A stretch of 64,000 nt of DNA. Source: Marsupella aquatica (taxonomy: Eukaryota > Plantae > Marchantiophyta). Within the stretch, counting starts at the first letter, position 1. Each line of letters opens with the position of its first letter. Position numbers and translations under genes: made by a program. The stretch lies in the NCBI GenBank assembly GCA_973895155.1, contig OZ316898.1, positions 10,134,286 to 10,198,285 on the forward strand, read 5' to 3'. The notes below the pieces were generated by a model that saw only the letters and a list, made by a program, of their open reading frames with translations, searched no databases and was not told the DNA's origin. This document shows positions 1 to 11,403 of the stretch, in pieces.

Positions 1-1614
1 GAAATTAGCACTATGAGGTAGCAAGCTACAAAATAGCATTTCCCACATTCTTAATGCATGGCATCGGAGCTCATTCCGCCTAGAAAACCAAAGCCACTAC
101 CAAAACTAACTTGCAAATGGAAGTTTGGACTAACCAGGGTGATTCAGGGCAGTTCAATGTCACTATGGCAGGTGCATTGCTGCTCGTAGCTGCAATGTAC
201 CTTAGCGCTCCCGGTCCCTCCACGGCTGCAACTTCCCAAGACCGGTCGGTCCCAGCCAGTCAGTCTTCTCTGAATCTTGGTGCGCCCACGTTGTCTCAAT
301 CCGAAGCTGTCAGGTCTCAGGCAGGAGACAAATCTCCGCTTGCCTTCGCGCCAAAAGTTGTCACTGGCCTCAAGAGCCTCTAAGGCAATGTCCGCAACGC
401 CTCAATGTCTCCAACACCTCAATGTCCTTACCATCAAGCGCTTCTCAGGGATGCCTCAATGTCCTTACCACCTCACGACTGTCAAGGTCCCAAACCAGCG
501 CAAACCACTTGCTGAACTCCTTTGTCCAAACAATTGTAAGGGGCATGCAGGTAGAACTGTCAAAAGCGCTCGCAGGAGTGGATGGCAACAATTGACTACA
601 ATCGCCTCCCAGCTTCCCTCGCAAAATGTTAACCCTAAACCCTACTCGTATGCTCCACTCATAGAAGCAAAGCACAATGTTCTGTCGCACAATGGGGCCC
701 GAACACATGGGCGCAAGTACTCGATAGTTCCCTTCACAAAAACCCAATAATCACCTGATGACCAAAGCACACTCACCCTAACCCAATACTTAGTGCAAGC
801 AGTCATGTAAGCTCGTTTCCGTTGAGGTGACCCGTTGAGCATAATAAGTACGTTTGCGCCAGAGTGTTAGGCAACACACAAAACTAAAGAGGGTTAAGGA
901 TAACTTTAAATAAATCCCTTTGGTGACAAAGTCATGGCCACTTAATTAGTTGTGGGCCCCCCTAACCCTCCCCCCCCCCTTGTGGAATTAATCTTGGATC
1001 AAAAGGCACCATCATTTACACTCAAATCAATCAAGTTGTGGACTGTTCATTGTGTCAATTAGTGCCCATGACCCTGTCAAAACAACACTAGTTGGCAATG
1101 CGGAATATATCATGGTGTGGGAGTTGTACCTAGCTAGGGTTATAGTGATGCATTAGTTCCGGTTCTGGTTAGAAACCACCCTAAGCCCTCCAGTACAGTT
1201 GTACCCTAAGTTATGAAAAGTACCCGTTACATGGATATTTATGGTGCAATGTTAGTTAAGGTTGGTGATATATACAAGGCATGTCCTTAAGCACTTAGGC
1301 CCAAAAGTAGGATGTCGCCCGGTCCTTCTTAAGTATACTCTTATCATGAACCCTTGTAAGACTTTGTCTTATACTAGTCTTTGTGTGGACCTTTAGAGTG
1401 ATTCCAAGAACAAAACCCATGATGTCCTAGAGTGTTCACCCTTCACAAAGTAGCAAGGTTACTTTTCATAGTCTTTAACTAAACCGAAAAACACTCAAAG
1501 TCTTTTATAGTCTTTAACAAAACCTTGGCAATGGGTGCAAGTCATTTAAAGTATGGAAGAAGGACTTAGTGGGCTTAGTCCTATAAGGTATGGTCTAAAT
1601 TACCCCGGTTTCTA

Positions 1615-4503
1615 CTAGTGATCTATCTTTCCTTGATTCCGATAAGGACCCACGTATATATCTCTGGTAGGTCCGTATACTCTCTCTTCAATTTCCTCTT
1701 CATTGACAAGGACTCTGGGAACTTCAGCAGCAACAACAATCTCCCCTTGGGAGCGTGGCCATTGAAAAGGGAAAATCAATGGTCTTTGATCAAGGAGCAA
1801 AGATTTATTCAATTCCCGTTGCTCTTCAAAAAACATTCTCCACCAGTTCACTTCCTCTTCTGAGAATAAAGTTTCAATTGCAAGTATTCCCTTTTGAATC
1901 TCATTTAACGAATCATCCATCTCCTTCAAAGTCATTCTTGAAGAACTAGACATATTTGGTTGAGTCCTTGTAACGTTCTTATCCCCCTTTTTGAAAAGGG
2001 GTAATCCGGGAGCACAACCCATCACCTTTTCTAGCTCCTCTTCCCTCAAAAATTTCACGCCTCCGTCAGGTTTCCAAGTTGAGTCCATGGAAAACTTCTT
2101 CCCCCATTGGGTTGGAACTTGATCTTCCAACTTGTCAAATGCAAATTTGTACTGGTGGTGGAAGGTAACATTTCGAATCCTTTCAATGACTAAAGGTGGA
2201 TCTGAGAAGGCATATTGACGGAAATCATATGTTTCCTTTAAAAGAGTGATATTTGGTTGGGGTTGATATGATTCACAAATAATATCACATAGGCTTTCGT
2301 ATGTGAATGCCTTAAACCTTGCTAGTCGTTTAGAAAATCGACTGAACATTTGATCTATTTGGTCGTGTGTGTGTCCAACCAACAAGAATCCTAGTTTGAT
2401 TTTCCGAAAAACCTTTCTTCGAATCAACATATGAAGATAGGCAAAGAGTAAATTATTTTTATTTTCTCTACTGGTATTATCAAGTTGAAGATAGAGAACA
2501 GGCGGCAAGCCACCAGGCTTTTCTTCCCATTCGTGAAACACCCTTTGCAGGATTGTGACTATCAAGTTTCCATCATTATGTAATACAGGATAATTAAGAA
2601 ACACTCTTGAAAATAGTGCACCATTGAAAACCAGGCATCCGACAACGTGCATTTGGATCAAACATGTTTCGTCCACCAATTTTGGGCGCCGCGGCCAATG
2701 AGGCAACCTTGTCTTCTTCTGATCCATCCCATCAATGACAACTCCCAAATATTTATCAGGATTTGAAAAACATTTCTTACGATGCTTCGCGAGTTTCTCA
2801 CGTTCTTTGGATTGTTGGTCTCTATGTTTTTGTAACATAATTTCCCCTCGCCCTGGAAAAACAACTTGTTAGTTTCTTAAAAAAAATAGAAATTATGTGC
2901 TAAGCCATATTCTTGAAACAAAAACTTGTCAAACTTGTAAGTACCTTACTCTTTTCGGTCTCCGAGACAGCTTTGTCCCGAATTGATTTGAACTCCTCGC
3001 AATCCGCGCAAGCACTGAATCGATTGACTGGAGGAATCTTCACATGACCAAATTCTTGAACCCAAACTTTCAAGAATTGTCGATAGGATATTTTTGATGA
3101 TTCATCAATCTTGGCATAGTTGGAGTCGTAGATCTTCCATACCTCCAGCTTTGAATAATTATCCGGTAAATGTGAAACTTCTTTATTTGGCAATGTTTCA
3201 ACGCGTGTCTCAAAAAATGACCTGAGCCAACTGACCAAGACTAATCTTTTAACAGATGGAGGGCGTCCAACTGGTTTAGAATATCCTAAGTCTTGGTTGT
3301 CTAATTTCAAAATTCTATTTAATCTATGATTGCCAACGCAAAATATAAGCTTGAAAGCTTTCCGACAAATACTCTTTTGACCAAACGTGTAAGATATAGT
3401 CTGCCTCCCTCCTTCATTTTTGTCTCGCTTTATAAGCCACTGCAAAGATAAAGACCGATCCTGAGATTTCTGCCTCAAAAATTTAGAACGCGCCTCACGA
3501 ATTTCTTTTGGAGATAGACTTAGGAGACAATGACTCTGACAACAGTACTTACTATTTGTTTTCTTGATATCCTCCTCTTTCAACTTTGTTTCACACAAAG
3601 TGGTGTTGCTCGTACGTTTGTAACGACTAGATGCCACCGGAACATCATCATCCTCCCCACTCTCCGAAGACTCGCTTTCATTCGATGATGAAATGGTCAC
3701 CAACATTTGCTTCTGAACATGCCGAGATTCCAGACCTGCAGCCTTCGGAGATGGAGGCTCTTCCTTCACTCTATGCAGCCTTGGAATACCTGGGCGTATT
3801 TCAGAAATCCCTCCATTACCGTGTAGGGACCCTTTCAATATTTTCCTAGGGTCCCTCTCCACCAGGTTGGTTTCCCTGTTTGAGTTTCCGTGACTTGATC
3901 CGCTCGCTGCCCCAACACCATGACTCCTAGGTAAAACTGAGGAACGCACATTAGAATTCCTTTCTGGAATACTTTTCAATAACACTGGTCGTCTAGTTTC
4001 ATCCCTCATCCCCCTGTGAAATGTTTCTGACGTTGGCTTACCAGAGGTTTTACTTTTTGGCATTTGCTTCAGCCACTGAACACTTTGGAGACTGCAAAAA
4101 TCTCTGTCATTTTCCCCACTTAGTGCCTTCTTTGTCTTTCCAAATCCAGTCTTCATGAATTCATGAGACCGTTTCCCAGACATCCAAATAGGCATTGAAC
4201 CTTCCAGATTACTCCCCAATTTGTCCTTTGTTGTTGACAAAGGAGATACAATTGACGTCCAGGGGGACCAATACTCTCCAAGGAGTCAGAGGAGCTCCCT
4301 GACCTCTCCTTACCACCGACCAATGATTTCTTCCCACTAATTGCAAGTCGTAAAGGACTACGTTTTAACTTGCTCATAGGGGTGGGGGGTGGCATATCTA
4401 AAATAGTAGTTATTCCAGGGATATCTGGGCCAACCACTGTGCAGGGGCCATCCGGCAATGAAACATCATCAGAATAATCATCTGATTCGTAACATGCCGC
4501 CAT
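1615..4503 (-). mobile_element. Sola-like (Sola1/DUF7869-type) DDD transposase gene, 2 exons, one frameshift near the 5' end
   Basis: Exon 1615-2852 carries the RNase H-fold motifs VIDGMDQ, LYLQLDNTSRENKN and FLLVGHTHDQID. The upstream exon carries the Cys motifs YCCQSHC, ICRKAFKLIFCV and FSACADC. A GT-AG intron at 2853-2949 joins them in frame (ETEK-R-RGEIMLQKH). ORF 4153-4503 joins ORF 2900-4240 only through a frameshift at ~4245-4285. Confidence 0.75.
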
Positions 4504-4605
4504 TGGAAAAACTAGTGCAAATTGACAAGAAACTCAGAAAATCAGTAAAATCTAACAAATCTTCTCAAAATAATGACCAAGAGTCATGAATAAACGAGCC
4601 TATTT

Positions 4606-5242
4606 GGCCTCATTCACAATTGGGTGTACCTCATAGGAACCACTTTCAGGACTCAAAAACATGTTTTTTAGTGAAAAATGACTTTTGTAACATGGAAAAA
4701 GCTTCATCATGATTTTATCTCAAGACATTCAAGTCTAATTTTTTCACAAGACTATTTTACATGGTGTAACCTACCTCACCATGTAGATAAATCAAGTTTT
4801 TAACTTTTTTAAGGGATCCTATTATTGATGGCCCTAAATAAGCCAAAATTACTGATTATTTTTGTCCTGTACATAAAGGTTTAGTGTGTGTCAATATTTG
4901 AGTTTTAAAATATAAGATTATTCTATTAGTATGCATGTCTTGGTAAAATTTCATTGTCTAAAATGCAAATTTTAGAGTCCTTTCGAGTCCTGAAATGATG
5001 TCACTCGTTGCATGACAAGTCCTTTTATCGATCTTTGAAGGACATATAAGGAAAGCTTCAAAGTCTCAAATGCTAGATAGTTTAATTAATGTTACCAACC
5101 TACAGGATGTTTATTAAGTATAGTACATCAAATTTTGCATATCATCTCATTACACCTTACAAATGATGTCCTAAAGCATAATAAACTATGGTCACTTTTG
5201 AGTGTGACGTTCCTTTTGGGTCCTCCAATTGTGAATGAGGCC
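4606..5242. mobile_element. Non-autonomous TIR element (MITE), 637 bp, Sola-type 4-bp TSD
   Basis: Perfect 18-bp TIR GGCCTCATTCACAATTGG (4606-4623 and 5225-5242), flanked by the direct repeat ATTT (4602-4605 and 5243-5246). The interior is AT-rich and non-coding. Confidence 0.85.
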
Positions 5243-5695
5243 ATTTATAGTTTTTCACAAATTGTTAGGACTTTTTAACTTCAAAAATATCAAATATTCA
5301 TGAAATTTACAAGCTTTTTCTCGTTAATACCCCAAAATATTCATGAATAATTGGCCCGAAAAACATTGATTTATCATGATTTGGGGTAAATTTTACTAAG
5401 TCGCGCCTGATCCGTGATTAGTATGTATAACCAAGGAACACGGGGCAGCCCATTCATTTTCACTCGATGTCATTTGGATTTCCTTTGTAAAAGAGTGAAA
5501 AACAATCTTGTTGTCCAATTTCGTGCCATTTTCAGCACTCATCGGCGACGTGTCACGAGTTGTCGTGGTCGCGCTTCATTCCGACCCTGTTTTAGGTGGT
5601 AATTTAGGCCCTGGGTGATTTCTTCACGTCACCCTCCCTCCGAACCCCATTTTGAATACCCTTTTGCATCACCGAGGTGTACAAGCAAAGAGAGA

Positions 5696-5760
5696 GGAGA
5701 CTCCCTTCATGAATTCATGAAGGTCGGTGCAAGAGGGAGACTCCCTTCATGAATTCATGA
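5696..5760. repeat. Duplicated palindromic motif GGAGACTCCCTTCATGAATTCATGA
   Basis: Two copies 40 bp apart. 5704-5723 (CCTTCATGAATTCATGAAGG) is a perfect 20-bp palindrome. Confidence 0.85.
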
Positions 5761-5925
5761 TAGGAGTCCTGGGGTGGCCGAGAGCGTTGTTAGATCCGTA
5801 AGGACACGGCTTTAGTAGCCATTTGTTGGCACATTCTTTGGTTCTGTGGCACTTTGTCTCGCAGGTTGGGGTTGAAGTGGACTGATTTTGTGGTATGTTC
5901 TCAGGTTTGAAGATCAGGCAAAAAC

Positions 5926-8900
5926 ATGACAATGTCGCAGGAAGAGCTGGTGGATGACATCTTTTCGCGCCATCCTTTGACGGACTTCCACAACTCATCC
6001 TGGACGATTTCCTTAGGGAAGGAAACATGGAAGAAACCTTCCTAATGCTGTGTGTATTTGAGGGGCTTCCATTAGGGGCATTAGGGTGGGTAAATTATGG
6101 CCGCATCGATGTATTTCGACGGGGCGACGAAGTTGTGAACATGTTGATCACAACGAAGGAAACATCAACTTTGATTGTCGTGGATGTGGAGAGGTTTTCC
6201 GGAACGGCTGCCACCTGCTATCTCGATGAGGACATCGATAGCATCATTGAGACTGTCAAGTCTCTTTCGAGTGAGGAACGTTACCACGACATCGCGGGAA
6301 AGATTTCTGGTTTTGTGTTCGAATTTCACGCTAGCACTTTAAAGAGTGCAATCCGAAAATCAAGAGAGATTCTCCAGAAAAGGTCGGCAGAGAAGGGGGT
6401 AAGTCGTCCACCCAAATCTGGGGCTTCCAGTGTTCCTTCTGGATCCAGGCCTAGCATTTTACCCGATGATATTTTGACCGTGGTAGCGCCTACAACCTCT
6501 CGGGAAGCAGCAGCATCTGGAGGGGGATCTCAAGTTGGCAGATCATCCTAGGGAACGGCTTTGATTGGTGGGTCGGCACAAGGTACGACTGGAACTTGCA
6601 CTTCTTCAAAGAAGCGACCTGCTATGACTCCTGAGCCTACTGAGCCCAGTGCTCCAAAGTCAAAAAAGAAGACTTTGGAGAAAATTCCAACGCATTTGGA
6701 GCAAAAGGCTCAATCAATGTCAATGGATGCACGGTATTGTACCAGGAGGAGATTCTGGGAAGATGTGGTGTTCAAGAGGAGACCGTGACCGTTGACATTG
6801 GTCAACTTTACCCTCCAGTGAGAGAGAAGGCTGTGGGCTTGCCCATTTACCAGGTCCGACACATCCAACCATATTTCTTGACCCAATTGACCTTGCGGAT
6901 GAAGACTGTAAGTGCCAGTCCACTTGCATCTCCGTTTGTCCTCTTGGTGGATCCAAAGGAGTGTGCTACTAGGCAAGACTTTGATTTTTCTGATTACCAT
7001 TATTATGTGATTGGGGGCAACCATTCAGCCTGTGCCAAAGCAGACCTTGCTCTTCAGTTCCCTAACAACAAGGCATTTCGGAGAGTGCAATCTTGGATAT
7101 TTGCTGGATTGAGTGTGCAAGAGGCAAGAAACCTGGCGTGGAGTCACAATATTGATTCTGAATTTCGACAACAGATGACGACAATCCAGAGAGTAAATTA
7201 TATTCACATGAGATTTGTGGAGAATGGATTGTCGTCCAACCAGGATTTCAAGAAAGAGTGTGCTACTGAAATCAATCTCAAGGATTGGGGTGTACGAAAG
7301 GATGCTGAAGTTCTTAATGCCAATGATAACTTATTTCAGTTGGCATTCCGACAAGATCCTGTGTGGTCATTTGTGAGGCAGATTTGTGACAAGTGGGAGA
7401 TGTGTGAGATCAAAGGTCAAAAAGGAGACAAGAGCAAGAAGAAAGTCTCTAAGTCTGGAGATGCCAAATTGCCTTATGAGGACATGAAATTAACAGAGTG
7501 GAGACACATGCAGGCCTTGGAAGATCCTGATATGATTTGCCCAGTGTTACAGAGAGTTCTTACTAAAGAACTCTCTTTACAGGAAATGGGTCACGAATTT
7601 ACTCGACACAAATTTCAGATGCAGGTGCAAAAGGCCTTCCTCACGTGTCTACACGAGGAGAGTTGGTCAGGTTGTAAAACCAAGTACCCTGAGCATTGCA
7701 CAGACAATGTGCTTAAGAATTTTGTACCTGTTTTCCAGACATGGGTAAGATTCTGTCACCTTTCTTCGAGTGATTGTTTGAATTCATTTAATATTTGGAA
7801 TCCTTGTTTCTAATTGTACGGTTCCTTTTTGTAGAAAGATACCACCTCCCGGAAAAAGAAGGGAGATGAGGAAGGCAAAGATCTCAAGTCATTCCCGGAC
7901 AAATTCAATGTGCATATTGTGCAAGCGCAAAATTGGCTATCCATGAAGACTTCTAGTCGGCAAACCCAAGAGGGGGAACTTCATCCAAATTTGTTTGAGC
8001 ATCCAGAGTTTGGTGATGTGCACTATGATATTTTTACTCATGATGCTCAGCGATTACACGAGGTGGTTCCAGGTCGGGCTTACACATTAGCTTTAGTACG
8101 TGGATATTCCCTACGGGTTTGCATTGCCTGGATGTCTTCATGAGGACACTATTGGATGGGGAACTGAGGAGATCACAAAAATGGTCCAATCGTTCAAGGT
8201 GGCTACTACTGCAAAGTTGTGGCGTATTATCATTCACCACAGCCTTGACCAATATGAGGCCATCAAGACCGTTTTGAAAGCGGAGTGTAATGGAGGGTTC
8301 ATGAATTGTGTGTGGTAAGAAATATTTGTTTTTGAAAAAAACAACTATTAGTTATTCATGATTTCATGAACCATGTTTCTAAGTTTAAATGACTCCTTGA
8401 CTTTTTGTGACTTTTCAGGGTTAAGGATAATGTGAAGAATGTTGGTGGACCAAGATTGAACAGCAACTTTGAGTGCTTTACAATTGGCTTTCACAGCCAG
8501 GATGGTAAACGGTCATTGGAGCACTTCAATTTTGACACAAATGAATCAAGGAACAATGTGGTTGTATGCGCAGCTGTGACTAAGAAGCTGAAACACAACG
8601 GGGATAACAAGGCAGTGAATGTCTATAACCACGTACATTGTTAGATTGGGAAGTGAGTCATTTTAGTCAGGTTGGAGACTGGGTTTTGGATATTTGTTCA
8701 GGATCAGGGACTGGGACAACCTCCTCCTTGGCCATGGGGAGACATTGCGTTGCCATTGAGATTGACGAGTGACAGAGCAGTGTGTTGAAAGGGAGGATTC
8801 TTAACCTTGCAGATAACATTGAAGAGGAAGACGGGCAGGGGGAGACGGATGAGGAGAGTGAGGAAGACATTCCTCGGGCCGGAGAGGATAGCGTGGTTGA

Positions 8901-8976
8901 CGATGCCACAATTGTTCCAGAATTGACGGCAGGGACTTCCGGAACCGAGGAAGGGGAAGTGGTCCCTTTGGATTAG
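5926..8976 (+). pseudogene. ParB/Srx-like domain fused to a beta-class N6-adenine/N4-cytosine DNA methyltransferase (spliced, disrupted)
   Basis: ParB-like segment at ~6790-7152 (YQVR...SPFVLLVD...YYVIGGNHSACA...EARNLAWSHN). MTase motif IV VDIPYG at 8100-8117, a WVK...FE segment, and motifs X/I PRTLLDWEVSHFSQVGDWVLDICSGSGTG...GRHCVAIEID at ~8630-8766. In-frame GT-AG introns at 7745-7834 and 8315-8418. Lesions: TAG 6549, frameshifts at ~6730, ~8097 and ~8627, and TGA 8770. The 5' start is uncertain. Confidence 0.8.
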
Positions 8977-9281
8977 ACTAGGTAAATAGAGGGACTCGTA
9001 GCATTTGAAACCACTTGGGCTTAAGTTGGGTTATATTTTGTAAAACTTTGAGTTTGACTTAAACTCTGATCAATGAGTTTGATTTTGACTACTTTTATAA
9101 AGTGCATATTTCAAGGTTTATACAATTGTGAGAATATCATATAAGATATGCTTAGATTTTGGTGGTAAAATTCTCTTGAGTCTAGTTTGGAAAATACATA
9201 CCATTTTTTGTGGTTTTTTGGTACACATTTTTGAATATCATGAAGATTTTGAAAAGAGAAATAAGGCTTTGGACTCATCCC

Positions 9282-11403
9282 TTAAGGCTTCTTGTTTGCT
9301 CTTTTTCTCATCAATTCTGGAAGAGGCAAGTCACAATGCCTCACTCTTGCTGATGGTGGGGGCTGTACAAGTTCCACATCTTGCTGTTGAGGTGTCCCTA
9401 GAGCATAGCTTGTTTGACCTCCTTCAAGTCCAATATGGGGTGTTGTGACAGTGGCTCTTCTTCTCTGTTCAGTTCTCCTGATTTGAGCCCCGTATAGGAA
9501 GCTCTGAACTAGGTCTTTCAGGTTCCATGGTCCCTTCTCTCTCAACATCATGAGGTGCTAAACTCAAAGGTCTCCTGTGCTACAATACTCTAACCTCAAC
9601 TGTATTGGTCCGCGAGCTCTGTTGCCCCTAATTTTTTCTTCTTGGCTGAATTGTTGTTTGACTTGACTGCTCCGTCCTGGCCAGTCTTCTTCCAACATCC
9701 CTTGTGGAAATGGGTGCACCAACCAGCTCTGCTTCATGCCTAAACCTAGTTCTCAAAGATGCAGATTCTAGTTCCTCTTCTTGACTCACAGGGCACTCCT
9801 CTATGTCATCCAAGATCTCCATATTATTTGTTGCATTTTCAAATTCTTGAGTTGAAAAAGATGGACATGAGAAATCAGAATCAAGGACTCCAAAACCGTG
9901 TGCAGGTTTTCTTGAGAGCCTTGAGTATATCAAGTCATCTTTTCTCTTCAACCGAGAAATGGACTGGTCCACATCTTCACCATCCCTTGCTTGGCCTTCC
10001 TTACTTGACTCATTCTGAACTACTACAATAGTGTTTCGTGCTCCCTTCTCCAGTCTTCTTCTTTCCACCCCAACTATGGGAAGCTCTGAACCAGGCCTTT
10101 GAATTGCAATCCTCTCACATCAGAAGGTGTTAAAGTAGATGGTCCCCTGAGCTCTAATTCCTTGACTTCTATCTCAGCTGTGTTGGTCCTTGAGCTTGGT
10201 TGCCCTCTGGTTTTTCTTGCTGGCACAACTCTTGCTTGAGCCGACAGCTTCCTCCTAGCCTGTATCCTTTGAGTTATATCAGCCTGTAAAATTGGTGTAC
10301 TTGAGGGTGTACTGACCTGAGTTCTCAAAGATAAAGGTTCCTCTTGTTGACTGATTGGGCACTCCTCTATATCATCCAAAATCTCCATAGTATTTGTTGC
10401 AATTTCAAGGGCATTTTCAATTTCCTGAGTTGAGAAAGATGGACATGAGAAATTAAAATCCAGGACTCCAAAACCTTGTGCATATTTGTTTTTGAGGCCC
10501 TTTAGTAAACCAAGTCCACTTTTCTCTTCAAGCCAGGGTTGGGCACGTGCAGTACGTCTAGTTCACTAACTGAATGGTATCATTAGTGGGAGGGATTGGA
10601 GGTGGAACACTACCCAATAAGATTGACATGAGTTTTTTCACAGGTGAAAGAGGAGAAATCTGGTTAGATCCAGGATCAGGTTGTGTTGCACCTGAAACTC
10701 AGTAGAAGGGTGAGTTGTACCAATTTGAGACTCACACAAATCCGACACAATTCTCAAACACTCAAAAGTTGACACTTTACTAATATCAATCCTTGGTGTG
10801 TCATCAGGCAAGGACAAGTCAGCATGTGCTGACTCCACTTCCAATGGACAGGTCCCAAGGCTATGTTGATGATCACTCGGGGGCCTCAATCCAAGGGGTG
10901 TCCCATATCACGCGCGAAGTTTTGGGGGAATAAACACCCTAAAATTTAAGTCAATAAAGTTTTTTTTAGGAATTTTTTTACCCATAATGTAATAGAATAT
11001 CCTATAAATATTCCTAGATTTGATTTAAAAAAACCCTATGATTCTTAGAATTCTCATAATTGGATTAAAATAACCCTAATATTCTTCAAATTTTTTTTAA
11101 GTATATCACTAAACCCAATAAAAAAACCCTATACTTATTCGCACGTGATGGGTAGGAAGAAAAGAAGTAAGGACCCCGGGGATGATCACTATCATCAAAT
11201 TCATCTTCATAAGGATCTTGTGATTCCTGGTGTGGGCCATCTTCATGAGAATCTTGCAATTCATGGCCTGTCCTTACATTGATAGCTTATGAACTCTTGG
11301 CTGGAGCTGCTCTTTCTCCCCTACACAAATTGTCCAAGGGCTGCGACCTTCTCTTCTTTGATCCATGTAGAGGCAATACTTGTGAACTTGAATCTTCTCT
11401 CAT
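9282..11403 (-). pseudogene. Decayed low-complexity (S/E/R-rich) coding region with an internal ~0.58-kb duplication, unknown product
   Basis: ORF pieces 9282-9551, 9628-10068, 10074-10388 and 10638-10889 share duplicated peptides (MEILDDIEECP[V/I]SQ; LVQSF). The frame continues across the insertion at 10876-11180 (EFDDSDH|QHSLG). Confidence 0.4.
10876..11180. mobile_element. Small MITE-like insertion (~305 bp) with 8-10-bp TSD
   Basis: GATGATCA(CT) is duplicated at 10868 and 11181. Imperfect termini CTCGGGGGCCT / AGGACCCCGGG, subterminal inverted repeat CCCATATCACGCGCGAA / TTCGCACGTGATGGG, and an AT-rich core. Confidence 0.7.

Noticed and set aside
111-1600. Short ORFs (90-157 aa) and a possible left end of the Sola-like element
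   Set aside because: No recognisable motifs, and no TIR matching sequence to the right of the MTase gene was found by eye.
4240-4290. Programmed frameshift in the transposase
   Set aside because: There is no canonical slippery heptamer; mutational decay is the simpler explanation.
5926-8976. Bacterial contamination as the source of the ParB-MTase
   Set aside because: It has two in-phase GT-AG introns and is embedded among plant TEs and genes.
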